This document shows positions 1 through 9,099 of a stretch of 64,000 nt of DNA, piece after piece. Position 1 is the first letter of the stretch. Each line of letters begins with the position of its first letter. The notes beneath the pieces were generated by a model. That model saw nothing but the letters and a program-made list of their open reading frames with translations, ran no database searches and had not been told where the DNA came from. The translations under genes and the position numbers were made by a program. The stretch lies in the NCBI GenBank assembly GCA_963804165.1, contig CAWDPO010000037.1, positions 64,001 through 128,000 of the forward strand, written 5' to 3'. This DNA is from an uncultured delta proteobacterium. Its GTDB lineage: Bacteria; Desulfobacterota; Binatia; UBA9968.

Positions 1-609
1 CATGATGACGTTGTGCGGCCCCGATAGAATCGCCGCCGACACCGCGCCCTGGCCCAAACTGGTTACGGTATTGGACACGGATCCCGTCTGCGTAAAAATC
101 GCTTTGTCCGGATCGACACCTTTGTTCTTGAGCATCAGCCGCGCGACCAAATGCTGCAAGCTGCCGATGCGGTCGACGCCGATTCTCTTGCCGGCGAGAT
201 CCGTGGGCCGCTGAATGCTCGGCTCGGCGATCAGATAAAAAGGCGGCTTGCGCAGGGAGATCATGATCCCTTTGAGCGGCACGCCCTGGCCGGTGGCGAC
301 GATCCCGGTTGTGTAGCCCGTCAAGTAATCGATCTCAGCGCTGGCGAGCGCGGCTATCGGCAGCGGACCAGCCATTTGAATGAGTTCGACGTCTATCCCA
401 TGCTTTTTGAACAATCCGGCGTCGCGCGCGACGAAGATATTCAAAAACGAAATGCTAAAAGCGGAGTAGGCCATGCGCACCTTCTTGGCGTCTTGGGCCA
501 GAAGGGGCGCGCAATATTGCAGCAGGACGAGAACGCCAACCGCGATACCGATTCTTCGGTCGAACTGTCGAGGCAACCGCGGCTGATAATTCGACGATTT
601 AACTTTCAC
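1..609 (-). CDS. ABC transporter substrate-binding protein, SsuA/THI5 (NitT/TauT)-like; 3' end runs off the window
   Basis: Not in the ORF track; my translation from GTG at 609 gives a signal-peptide-like segment, then KVRMAYSAFSISFLNIFVARDAGLFKKHGIDVELIQM...PTDLAGKRIGV..., open to position 1. Confidence 0.8.
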   Translation of the reverse strand, partial: MKVKSSNYQPRLPRQFDRRIGIAVGVLVLLQYCAPLLAQDAKKVRMAYSAFSISFLNIFVARDAGLFKKHGIDVELIQMAGPLPIAALASAEIDYLTGYTTGIVATGQGVPLKGIMISLRKPPFYLIAEPSIQRPTDLAGKRIGVDRIGSLQHLVARLMLKNKGVDPDKAIFTQTGSVSNTVTSLGQGAVSAAILSGPHNVIM

Positions 610-695
610 CCGGCTGACTATACGCAGCGGGCGGAAAACTTGTCAACGTGACGCGAGCTCCTAACAATTTTCCTCGACGTCATATCAGTTAGCGT

Positions 696-737
696 AAAAA
701 AAACTAAGGCCGAGCCGCTGATTGGCGGCCCGGCCTT
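696..737 (-). terminator. Intrinsic terminator downstream of the lytic transglycosylase gene
   Basis: Stem AAGGCCG-A-GCCGC / GCGGC-C-CGGCCTT, with an A-run at 696-703 that reads as a U-tract on the minus strand. Confidence 0.7.
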
Positions 738-767
738 GTAAAGTAATTTCGCAAAAGCAAAAACGCG

Positions 768-1985
768 CTATATTTTCGGGATGCGCAGCGTGGTTCCGAC
801 TTTTAACAGATGAGCCTTACGCAGTCCGTTGACCTGCAGAAGGTTTTCCACCGATGCCCCATAACGGCGAGCGATATCGTAAAGCGTCTCGCCGCGGCGC
901 ACCCGATGATGCACGACCTGCGCCTGGGGCCGACTCGTGGCCTGCTGCACCTGGGCAACAGTGACGAGCGGCGGCGTGGTTCGATCGATGGGCAACTTCA
1001 TCCGGTAGCCTGCCGGGACGATGCGGCTTGTCGGAGTAAGGGCGGGGTTCCACCCCAAAAATTCGTCTCGGCTAAGTCCGGAAGAGCTGATCAACGCCGC
1101 CAGCGTTGTCTTGTTATTCAGCTCAACTTCTCTGATCTCGACGGGAGCATCGAGCTCGAGTCCGGGGAAATATTGCTGCAGGTTCATGCCGACCTCGACC
1201 GCGGCGAGAAACTCGGCGTAAAAGTGTTTGGGCGCGAAGCCCCAGTTGGGATGATTATACTTTTCGATCAGGTCGACCAGATTTTCCGACCCGACTTCCT
1301 CCACTGCGCGAGCCATACCTCCCTTTCCATAGTTGTATGAGGTGATCGCCAACGGCCAGCTACCTAAAAGCTCGTAGGCTTGCTGGAGATAGGACGCCGC
1401 GGCTCGGGACGATTCGATTGGATCGCGTCTTTCGTCGACTACGGAGTTCACTCGCATATATTCCCGTCCGGTGCGGGGCATGAACTGCCAGATGCCCAGA
1501 GCGCCGACCGACGATCGCGCGCTAATATCGTAAGACGATTCCACGATCGGCAGATAGGTGAGTTCCGGCGGCAGACCGCGGTCTTTGAAAATTTGCTTGA
1601 TCTGAGAAATATAGCGTCCCGACCGCTTGATGCCGGCGGCGGTTCTTTCCTTCACGCCGCGCTGCGCCTTGACCCGCTCGATATCGACGCCATTGGCGGC
1701 GGCGATGCGCGCGCGCTCGCCGTAGATATAGTCGTTCGATCGGCTTTCCTCGCCCACGTCGACGACCTCGTAGATCTTGCTCATGTCGGACGGATCGAAA
1801 TAGATCAATTGTGAAAGGCTGATTTCGCTAAAGACTTTTTTCCAAAAGTCTACGGCCGGCTCCAGGCCGGCGGGAAGAACGAACGGACTGGATTGAAGAG
1901 AACTTACCTGGGCGGAAGCGGTCGATGGCTGTAACACCAAAAGACCTAGTACAAGCAAGAGAAACCATTTTGCAATATCGCGCAT
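768..1985 (-). CDS. Lytic transglycosylase (SLT domain) with C-terminal LysM, MltD-like
   Basis: PIVESSY (catalytic Glu), GALGIWQFMP, AITSYNYG, LysM HRVRRGETLYDIARRYG; ATG 1985 preceded by AAAAGGAG; signal peptide. Confidence 0.9.
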   Translation of the reverse strand: MRDIAKWFLLLVLGLLVLQPSTASAQVSSLQSSPFVLPAGLEPAVDFWKKVFSEISLSQLIYFDPSDMSKIYEVVDVGEESRSNDYIYGERARIAAANGVDIERVKAQRGVKERTAAGIKRSGRYISQIKQIFKDRGLPPELTYLPIVESSYDISARSSVGALGIWQFMPRTGREYMRVNSVVDERRDPIESSRAAASYLQQAYELLGSWPLAITSYNYGKGGMARAVEEVGSENLVDLIEKYNHPNWGFAPKHFYAEFLAAVEVGMNLQQYFPGLELDAPVEIREVELNNKTTLAALISSSGLSRDEFLGWNPALTPTSRIVPAGYRMKLPIDRTTPPLVTVAQVQQATSRPQAQVVHHRVRRGETLYDIARRYGASVENLLQVNGLRKAHLLKVGTTLRIPKI

Positions 1986-2014
1986 GCCAACTCCTTTTGC
2001 CAGGGTGGGGCTTG

Positions 2015-2030
2015 AGCAACCGCCGTGCCA
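2015..2030 (-). promoter_or_regulatory. sigma54 (-24/-12) promoter for the MltD-like gene
   Basis: Minus strand reads TGGCAC-GGCGG-TTGCT, an exact TGGCAC-N5-TTGCW match, 30 nt upstream of the ATG. Confidence 0.75.
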
Positions 2031-2132
2031 GACAAAGGCGGTGGCTAACCGCCGCATAATAAAGAAATTTTATTGCGGAAACAACCCAAAATGGTTGTCG
2101 GCTGGACAAATTTTACCGATGCCGGTCCAATT

Positions 2133-2150
2133 CGTGACCTGAATGTCACG
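2133..2150. promoter_or_regulatory. Palindromic site, candidate enhancer (UAS) or operator
   Basis: CGTGAC-CTGAAT-GTCACG in the divergent intergenic region, about 100 bp upstream of the sigma54 site. Confidence 0.35.
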
Positions 2151-2288
2151 GTCGGTGCGATGCGCATCGTCATGGCGAACTTTGGCTGCGACAAATTGAC
2201 CGCGATCCTGGCGCCGATTATAGTGCGGCGAAATTCTATCCAAGCGCTGCTACAGGAGAAATCATTGGACCACTCGACACTAGTCATA

Positions 2289-2768
2289 ATGAGCGAAGCG
2301 ATTCTGCGGGTTATTCTCGGCTGGCGCATGTTGATCAGCGGTCTGAGCAACGTGCGCCGCTGGCCCAATCCGGTGCAGACCGCGAGCATTTTATTCCCAA
2401 AGGGCGCGACAGTTTTCGGTTTCGTCGCGACATTTCTAATGGTCGTCGGCGGTTTCGGCCTCGCTGCGGGAATTCAAACGCCCATCTGCGCCCTGATGAT
2501 CATTATCTTTTTGATCCCAACCTTCGGCCTGCACTGGCACTGGCTCAAAGTACTGCCGACCATGGTGCCGGTTGTGAAAGCCGCGATCAAAGATGAAAAA
2601 GCGCAAAACTATTTTCGCTCCTTTGACCGGCAATCCTACCATGCCCACGAAGTGGGCCTGCGCGATAATCTCGTCTTTGTCGCCGCCGCCGCTTACTTTG
2701 CTGTGCGTGGCAGCGCCGGGTTCGGCGTCGACAATTGGTTCAGTGATTGGGTGATTCGGTTTTTTTAA
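2289..2768 (+). CDS. DoxX-family membrane protein
   Basis: Hydrophobic helices, GLAAGIQTPICAL, and C-terminal RDNL...GSAGFGVD resembling the DoxX end motif; ATG 2289 chosen as start. Confidence 0.65.
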   Translation: MSEAILRVILGWRMLISGLSNVRRWPNPVQTASILFPKGATVFGFVATFLMVVGGFGLAAGIQTPICALMIIIFLIPTFGLHWHWLKVLPTMVPVVKAAIKDEKAQNYFRSFDRQSYHAHEVGLRDNLVFVAAAAYFAVRGSAGFGVDNWFSDWVIRFF

Positions 2769-2817
2769 TCTCAGAGATCCGAGTGCTGGCAAAGTGAAAT
2801 ATAAATGCGCCAAAGCT

Positions 2818-4092
2818 TTACAGACCGCCGACGAAACGGCCAGCATTGAGCAATCCTCTCGGGTCGAACTGCTGCTTGATGTCGCGCATGAGCGAGAACG
2901 TCCGAGGCGACTCACCCCAGACTTCCAATCCCTGCTTAAGATCCCCGTGCGCCGCATGGATCATCGCGTGGCCGTGGCGCGCGCGCGCCATGGTTGCGAG
3001 ATCGGAAAAACGCTGGGCCGCCGCCCTCGTTGGTTCGCAAGCTAACCAAATCGTGCCGCTCACGTTATCCACTATCATTTCGGTGTCATGCCAGTTTGTC
3101 GTGAGGTGAACAAAATCGAAAATCTCTGCGCGCGGCAGCGTGATGCGATAAATCAACCGTTTGTCTTGAAGAGGAAAATCCCTCACGGCGCGCCAAAATT
3201 GCTCGTGCTCGTCGCCGCCTAAGCATTGCGTGTCCATTTTGGCATTCTCGGTGAGCGTAGCTAGGTCGCGCCGGCACCGTACGATGGTTTCCTCGAAGCC
3301 TTCACACCATACGGCAACGCGCCATTGTTTGCGCGCGTGATCGTTTGACAGAATCACCGCCGCCGGCAACAGCCGGGAGTGGAATAACTCGTGCGTGAAT
3401 TGCCTGGCTTGCGAAAAATCTCCCAAGGCGATCGCTGTGGCCGAGCTTTCGGGAATCGGCGCTAGCCTCAATGTTACTTCGGTAATGATTCCAAGCGTGC
3501 CGAGCGAGCCGACGAATAGCTTGCACATGTCATAACCCGCTACGTTCTTGACGACCTTGCCCCCGGCTTTGATTTGCTCGCCGCTGATGAGAGCCACTTT
3601 CATGCCGATCACTAGATCGCGCACGCTGCCGTAACAACTGCGCCGTGTGCCATTGAGATTGGCGGCAACGATGCCGCCGACGGTGGACCGTTCGGGAAAC
3701 GGCGGGTCAAAGGGCACGAATTGTCGCTGGTCTGCGAGCAGTTGCTGCAGCGCAGCCAAGCTGATCCCGCTTTCTGCCGTGACAGTGAGATTGGCGTGGT
3801 CGTGTTCGATGACTTGGATTAGCCGTTCGGTGCTAACGACGACGTCCACTCGGCGTGGCGGATTGCCCAATGGCATCGCCGTGCCGCCGCCCCAAGGGAT
3901 TACACTCGCTTCTTCTTCCGAGCAGAGGCGCAGTGCGGCGCTGACCTGATCACGCGTGCCGGGCGTGCAGATCAGTGCGGGCTGTTTGCCGTCGATCTTG
4001 TGAGAGGCGAGCCGGTCGGCGTCAAGAGAGACCGTGTCAGCGCCCAACTCCGACGCCAGTCTTTGTGCCAATTGATCGGCAGTCGATTTCAT
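2818..4092 (-). CDS. glcE: Glycolate oxidase FAD-binding subunit GlcE-like
   Basis: WGGGT, GGKVVKNVAGYDMCKLFVGSLGTLG, C-terminal FDPRGLLN; clustered with glcD and glcF. Confidence 0.85.
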   Translation of the reverse strand: MKSTADQLAQRLASELGADTVSLDADRLASHKIDGKQPALICTPGTRDQVSAALRLCSEEEASVIPWGGGTAMPLGNPPRRVDVVVSTERLIQVIEHDHANLTVTAESGISLAALQQLLADQRQFVPFDPPFPERSTVGGIVAANLNGTRRSCYGSVRDLVIGMKVALISGEQIKAGGKVVKNVAGYDMCKLFVGSLGTLGIITEVTLRLAPIPESSATAIALGDFSQARQFTHELFHSRLLPAAVILSNDHARKQWRVAVWCEGFEETIVRCRRDLATLTENAKMDTQCLGGDEHEQFWRAVRDFPLQDKRLIYRITLPRAEIFDFVHLTTNWHDTEMIVDNVSGTIWLACEPTRAAAQRFSDLATMARARHGHAMIHAAHGDLKQGLEVWGESPRTFSLMRDIKQQFDPRGLLNAGRFVGGL

Positions 4093-5396
4093 TTAGACGC
4101 TGCGTCGGCTTCGCTGCAGGCGCGGTCGAGCAGATCCATCAGATGATAAATTTTCACGTTGAGTCCGTGACGCTGTGCGCCGTAACGGAGCTGCAGAATG
4201 CAGCCGGGATTAGGCGCGACAATCGCATCGACATGTGTCGCGGCCACCGACTGCATTTTTTCTTTGAGCAGATGTTGCGACATATCGGCGTGGGTCAAGT
4301 TATAGATGCCGGCGCTGCCGCAGCAGCGGTCGGCGCCGTCCATTTCGACGAGCTTTAGTCCTGGGATCGACTGCAGCAACGTTCGCGGTTGCGCTCGAAC
4401 CCGCTGACCGTGCGCGAGATGGCAAGGGTCCTGATAAGTCACCGTCATTTCGACCGGGCGAAGCATGGCAACCAGTCCGAGACCGGCGAGATATTCGCCG
4501 GCGTCTTTAACCAGCGAACTGAAACGCTCCGCCTTTTCTCGATAGGCGAGATCGTCGCGCAATAGGTAGCCATATTCTTTCATCGCCGCGCCGCAGCCGG
4601 CGGAGTTGACGACGATCGCGTCGACGTTGGCTGCCAGAAAGACATCGATGTTGCGCCGTGCCATCTGCTTGGCGGCGGCGCTCTCGCCGTTATGAATATT
4701 CAACGCGCCGCAGCAGATCTGATTTTTTGGCAATACGACGTCGCAGCCGTTGCGCCTGAGCACGCGCACGGTGGCTTCGTTAACGTCGCCGAACAACAGC
4801 GGCATGACGCAGCCGTTGAGCATGGCGACCGTGGCGCGGCGCGCGCCGATCGCGGAAAATCTAGGCGCTTTGGGATGATAAAACCTTGACGGGATCGTGG
4901 GCAGCATCGAATCCATTTCCCGCAATTTGCCCGGTAGCAGCGCCCGCGCGATCGGTTGCAATCCGCTGCGTTGGTACAGACGCAGCAGAGTGAAGACAAA
5001 ACGCAGCCGGCGCGGATAGGGCAGCAAACGCGTGAAAACGAAATTCAGCACCGCGCGCGCGAAAGCAGAGCCTGGCGGGCCGAGCTGTTCGCGCGCCGTT
5101 TCGGCGATCCGACCATACTGCACGCCGGACGGACAGGCTGTCTCGCAGGCGCGGCAGAGCAGGCAGAGATAGATGTGTTCTTTGAAACGGTCGTTAAGCT
5201 CGATGCGTCCTTCGGCAGCGGCTTTGACCAGATGAATTCGGCCACGCGGCGACTCAGGCTCGAGGTGCAAAGCACGATAGGTCGGGCACTGATTCAAGCA
5301 AAGACCGCAATGCACGCACTGGTAAAGCTCGGGGAGATCCAATGCGGGCACCTTCGTGGTATCGGTGTCTTCGGGTTTGTTGCGCAGTAGTTCCAA
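4089..5396 (-). CDS. glcF: Glycolate oxidase iron-sulfur subunit GlcF-like
   Basis: CVHCGLCLNQCP and CLLCRACETACP 4Fe-4S motifs, two CCG domains, YQDPCHLAH. Confidence 0.9.
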   Translation of the reverse strand: MELLRNKPEDTDTTKVPALDLPELYQCVHCGLCLNQCPTYRALHLEPESPRGRIHLVKAAAEGRIELNDRFKEHIYLCLLCRACETACPSGVQYGRIAETAREQLGPPGSAFARAVLNFVFTRLLPYPRRLRFVFTLLRLYQRSGLQPIARALLPGKLREMDSMLPTIPSRFYHPKAPRFSAIGARRATVAMLNGCVMPLLFGDVNEATVRVLRRNGCDVVLPKNQICCGALNIHNGESAAAKQMARRNIDVFLAANVDAIVVNSAGCGAAMKEYGYLLRDDLAYREKAERFSSLVKDAGEYLAGLGLVAMLRPVEMTVTYQDPCHLAHGQRVRAQPRTLLQSIPGLKLVEMDGADRCCGSAGIYNLTHADMSQHLLKEKMQSVAATHVDAIVAPNPGCILQLRYGAQRHGLNVKIYHLMDLLDRACSEADAASK

Positions 5397-5412
5397 TCGC
5401 GACCTTTCGTGA

Positions 5413-5488
5413 GTCTAGAGTCTCGGGTCTAAAGTTGACGAGCGAAGAAATCTGCTAGACCCGAGACACGGAACTCGAAACTCTAGAC
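5413..5488. repeat. Inverted arrays of degenerate heptamers between glcD and glcF
   Basis: GTCTAGAGT pairs with ACTCTAGAC; GTCTCGGGTCTA pairs with TAGACCCGAGAC. Confidence 0.6.
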
Positions 5489-5492
5489 AGTT

Positions 5493-6929
5493 TCATATCC
5501 ACAACCCCGCCGGAATTTGTGCCGGCTGCAAACGTACTTCGCCACAGCTCGCTGGTGTTGGAAAAAGTTTCGCCGGATTGAACCTGTTGTCTGGGTCGAA
5601 AACGCGCCGCACTCGCGCCATCGCTGCCAAATCGGCTTCGTTGAAAAGCAAGCCGATGTAAGCCTTCTTCTCCAAGCCGACGCCGTGCTCGCCGGTGATG
5701 CTGCCGCCGAGCTCGATGCAAGCGCGCAAAGTGGCGGCGCCGGCTTCGATCACGCGGTCCAATTCGCCAGGCGCGCGCATATCGAACAAGATGTTCGGAT
5801 GCAGGTTGCCGTCGCCGGCGTGAAACACGTTGGCAATACGCAGGTTAAATTGTTTACTGATCTCGGTGATGCGCTTCATTATCTCCGGCAACTTGCTGCG
5901 CGGCACCACGCCGTCTTGGACATAATAGTTCGGCGCCAGGGCCCCCATGGCGCCGAAGGCGCCCTTGCGGCCTTTCCAAAGTCGCTGGCGTTCCGCTTCA
6001 TCGGCGGCAAGCTTGACTTCGCGGGCGCCGTCTCGTTGACAAATTTCGCGCGCGAGTTTTATGGCGCGCTCGGTGTGCTCGGTCAATCCCTCGATTTCGA
6101 CGATCAGCACCGCCTCGGCGTCGCGCGGAAAACCTACCGGCGCGCCACGCTCGACCGCCTCAATTGCCGTTCGATCCATAATCTCTAGCGCCGCGGGTAT
6201 GATTCCCGCGGCAGTGATATCGACGACAGTTTGAGTGGCGCAATCCATCTGATCGAAAATCGCCAAAAGCGTGCGCACCGACTCACGCGCGCGCATGAGC
6301 CGGACGATGACTTTGGTGACGATGCCCAGAGTTCCTTCAGAGCCGACGAAAACACCGCACAGATCGTAGCCCGGCGTGTCTGGAACTTCGCCGCCCAGCC
6401 AAACGATCTGGCCGTCATCAAGCACGACTTCGAGGCCGAGTACGTGATTGGTGGTGACGCCATAAGCGAGGGTGTGCGGCCCGCCGGAATTGTTCGCGAC
6501 GTTGCCGCCGATGGAACAGGCGGCTTGGCTGCTGGGGTCCGGCGCGTAGAAGAGACCATCCTTCGCCATGGCTTTGGTGACATCGATATTGATCACGCCG
6601 GGCTCGACGATGGCGACGCGGTTTTCGAGATCGATTTTCAAAATCCGATTCAGTCGTGCCAGTGAGAGAACGATGCCGCCCTCGGCCGGCACCGCGCCGC
6701 CGGCGAGTCCAGTGCCCGAGCCGCGCGGAATGATTGGAACGTCGGCTTGCTTGGCGATCTTTACGACTGCGGAAACCTGTTCAACATCGCCCGGCAGGAC
6801 GACGATCTCGGGCATGACTTGAAAGATCGAGCCGTCCTGTTCATAGACAATGACGTCTTCCTTTTCGATAAGGACGTAACGAGCGCCGACGATGGCGCGC
6901 AGCGCGTCAACTAGATTAACTCGATTCAT
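5493..6929 (-). CDS. glcD: Glycolate oxidase subunit GlcD (FAD-linked oxidase)
   Basis: PRGSGTGLAGG, APDPSSQ, GSEGTLG, HAGDGNLHP, GEHGVG. Confidence 0.92.
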   Translation of the reverse strand: MNRVNLVDALRAIVGARYVLIEKEDVIVYEQDGSIFQVMPEIVVLPGDVEQVSAVVKIAKQADVPIIPRGSGTGLAGGAVPAEGGIVLSLARLNRILKIDLENRVAIVEPGVINIDVTKAMAKDGLFYAPDPSSQAACSIGGNVANNSGGPHTLAYGVTTNHVLGLEVVLDDGQIVWLGGEVPDTPGYDLCGVFVGSEGTLGIVTKVIVRLMRARESVRTLLAIFDQMDCATQTVVDITAAGIIPAALEIMDRTAIEAVERGAPVGFPRDAEAVLIVEIEGLTEHTERAIKLAREICQRDGAREVKLAADEAERQRLWKGRKGAFGAMGALAPNYYVQDGVVPRSKLPEIMKRITEISKQFNLRIANVFHAGDGNLHPNILFDMRAPGELDRVIEAGAATLRACIELGGSITGEHGVGLEKKAYIGLLFNEADLAAMARVRRVFDPDNRFNPAKLFPTPASCGEVRLQPAQIPAGLWI

Positions 6930-7078
6930 GGCATTGAAGCCGCCCTTAAGCAGCCTATCCGAGGCAAGAATGAAGTGTCAAACAGCCAACAAAATTTAGC
7001 CTTCGCGAAGTTGAAAACCCCATACGCCGCACCAACGACTACTCGGCACTAACCAACTTTTCCTTGACGATATGGACA

Positions 7079-7107
7079 TTGACGGAAATTCCCGAACTGT
7101 ATATAAG
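7079..7107 (+). promoter_or_regulatory. sigma70-type promoter for the TRAP operon
   Basis: TTGACG-N17-TATAAG upstream of the AGGAGG RBS and ATG 7156. Confidence 0.5.
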
Positions 7108-7155
7108 CGGGAAAAGTCACATTTGATGAAAGTAACCTTAACTAGGAGGCGGACC

Positions 7156-8346
7156 ATGAGTGAGCAGAAGAAGGCCGAGGAACAAAGCGCAAAAAAAGTA
7201 TCGCGGCGAAATGTCCTCAAAGCGGCGATGGCCGCGGGAGGTGCGGCCGTGCTCGGCTTCCCGATGATCGCCAAAGGGCAGGCGGGACCGATCTCGATGC
7301 GTTTTCAGAGCACCTGGCCGCAAAAGGACATCTTTCATGAGTATGCCCTCGACTTCGCCAAGAAGGTCAACGACATGACCGGCGGCGACTTGAAAATTGA
7401 GGTGCTGCCCGCCGGCGCCGTGGTGCCGGCCTTTGGTCTGCTTGATGCCGTCTCCAAAGGTACCCTCGACGGCGGTCATGGTGTGGTCGTATACCACTAC
7501 GGCAAGCAGACAGCACTCTCGCAATGGGGATCGGGTCCGGCTTTCGGCATGGACGCCAACACGATGCTCGCCTGGCATAAATACGGCGGCGGTAAGGACT
7601 TGCTGGAGAAGCTTTACAAATCGATCGGCGCCAACGTCGTCTCCTTTCTCTACGGCCCGATGCCGACCCAGCCGCTCGGCTGGTTCAAGAAGCCGATTAC
7701 GAAGGCCGACGACTTCAAGGGCATGAAGTTCCGCACCGTGGGCCTCTCGATCGACGTGTTCACGGGCATGGGCGCCGCGGTGAACGCGCTCCCCGGCGGC
7801 GAGATCGTGCCTGCGATGGATCGCGGACTGATCGAGGCGGCGGAATTCAACAACGCCTCGTCCGACCGCATACTCGGTTTTCCCGATGTCTCCAAGGTGT
7901 GCATGCTGCAGAGTTACCACCAAGCCGCCGAGCAGTTCGAGATCACGTTCAACAAGACCAAGTACGATGCCCTGCCGGCAAAGATGAAAGCGCTCATCGA
8001 ATACGGTGTGGAGGCGGCTTCAGCAGACATGTCATGGAAGGCGATCGACCGTTACTCGAAGGACTACATCGAGATGCAGACCAAGGACAAGGTAAGGTTC
8101 TACAGAACCCCCGACTCCGTGCTGCAGAGGCAGCTAGTCGTGTACGATGAGGCCGCAGCAAAGAAGGCCGCCGAAAATCCGATGTTCAAAGAGATCGAGG
8201 CCTCTCAGCGCCAATTCGCCCAGCGGGTGGTCAAGTGGCATCTCGATACGCAGATCAGCCCGCGCATGGCCTATGATCACTATTTCCGCAAGGCAGCCGC
8301 CAAGCCCGCGGCACCTGCCGCTAAACCGGAGCCCAAGAAGAGCTAG
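7156..8346 (+). CDS. dctP: TRAP transporter substrate-binding protein (DctP/TakP keto-acid type), Tat-exported
   Basis: Tat motif SRRNVLK, FQSTWP, GWFKKPI, KFRTVG, AAEF; AGGAGG RBS. Confidence 0.88.
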   Translation: MSEQKKAEEQSAKKVSRRNVLKAAMAAGGAAVLGFPMIAKGQAGPISMRFQSTWPQKDIFHEYALDFAKKVNDMTGGDLKIEVLPAGAVVPAFGLLDAVSKGTLDGGHGVVVYHYGKQTALSQWGSGPAFGMDANTMLAWHKYGGGKDLLEKLYKSIGANVVSFLYGPMPTQPLGWFKKPITKADDFKGMKFRTVGLSIDVFTGMGAAVNALPGGEIVPAMDRGLIEAAEFNNASSDRILGFPDVSKVCMLQSYHQAAEQFEITFNKTKYDALPAKMKALIEYGVEAASADMSWKAIDRYSKDYIEMQTKDKVRFYRTPDSVLQRQLVVYDEAAAKKAAENPMFKEIEASQRQFAQRVVKWHLDTQISPRMAYDHYFRKAAAKPAAPAAKPEPKKS

Positions 8347-8373
8347 CCGCTCCGCGACGAATCCCAGCCATCT

Positions 8374-8407
8374 ATCCAACCATCTGCCATGTGGTAGATG
8401 GTTGGAT
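8374..8407 (+). other. Intergenic stem-loop between dctP and dctQ (mRNA stabiliser or partial terminator)
   Basis: ATCCAACCATCTGCCA / TGGTAGATGGTTGGAT inverted repeat. Confidence 0.6.
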
Positions 8408-8421
8408 GGTTTTGCGTACCG

Positions 8422-9099
8422 ATGAACGCCCAGCGCCTGCTCCATGCCATCGATCAGATTAGTTACTGGTCGGGGAAAGCTTTCGCGTGGCTGATCGTCG
8501 CAGCTACCCTCGTGATTTCCGTCGAGGTCTTCAAACGCTACATCCTGAACGCGCCGACGGCCTGGATTTTCGATTTAAACAACATGCTTTACGGTACGCT
8601 GTTTATGATGTGCGGCGCATACACGCTCGCGCTCGGCGGGCATGTGCGCGCCGACTTCGTCTACGGGCGGCTCTCGCCGCGCCGCCAAGCGACTCTCGAC
8701 CTGGCGCTCTATTTTCTTTTTTTCATTCCAGGAATCCTCGCGCTCAGCTACGCCGGTTACGGTTATGCCAAGGAATCGTGGCTCATCGGGGAGCACTCGA
8801 CGGTGACCGCGGAGGGGCCGCCCATTTATCACTTCAAATCGGTGATTCCCATCGCGGGAGCGCTGGTGATGCTCCAGGGGGTAGCCGAGATCTTACGCTG
8901 CATCCAGTGTCTGCGCACCGGCACCTGGCCCGCGCGGCTCGAGGACGTCGAGGAAATCGACGTCATCGAAACCCAACTCTCGCATAGCGAGTTCATCGAC
9001 GAAGAGTCGCGTCGTACCGCCATGGGGTCGGCCCACGCCATTGACGAAGCGGCGCGTCATCGCAGCTCCATGGAGACCGAGGAAGAGAAAAAATCATGA
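8422..9099 (+). CDS. dctQ: TRAP transporter small permease DctQ
   Basis: Four TM helices, EVFKRY, GHVRAD. Confidence 0.85.
   Translation: MNAQRLLHAIDQISYWSGKAFAWLIVAATLVISVEVFKRYILNAPTAWIFDLNNMLYGTLFMMCGAYTLALGGHVRADFVYGRLSPRRQATLDLALYFLFFIPGILALSYAGYGYAKESWLIGEHSTVTAEGPPIYHFKSVIPIAGALVMLQGVAEILRCIQCLRTGTWPARLEDVEEIDVIETQLSHSEFIDEESRRTAMGSAHAIDEAARHRSSMETEEEKKS

Noticed and set aside
151-651. 166-aa plus-strand ORF in the track
   Set aside because: Antisense shadow of the minus-strand SBP gene (1..609)
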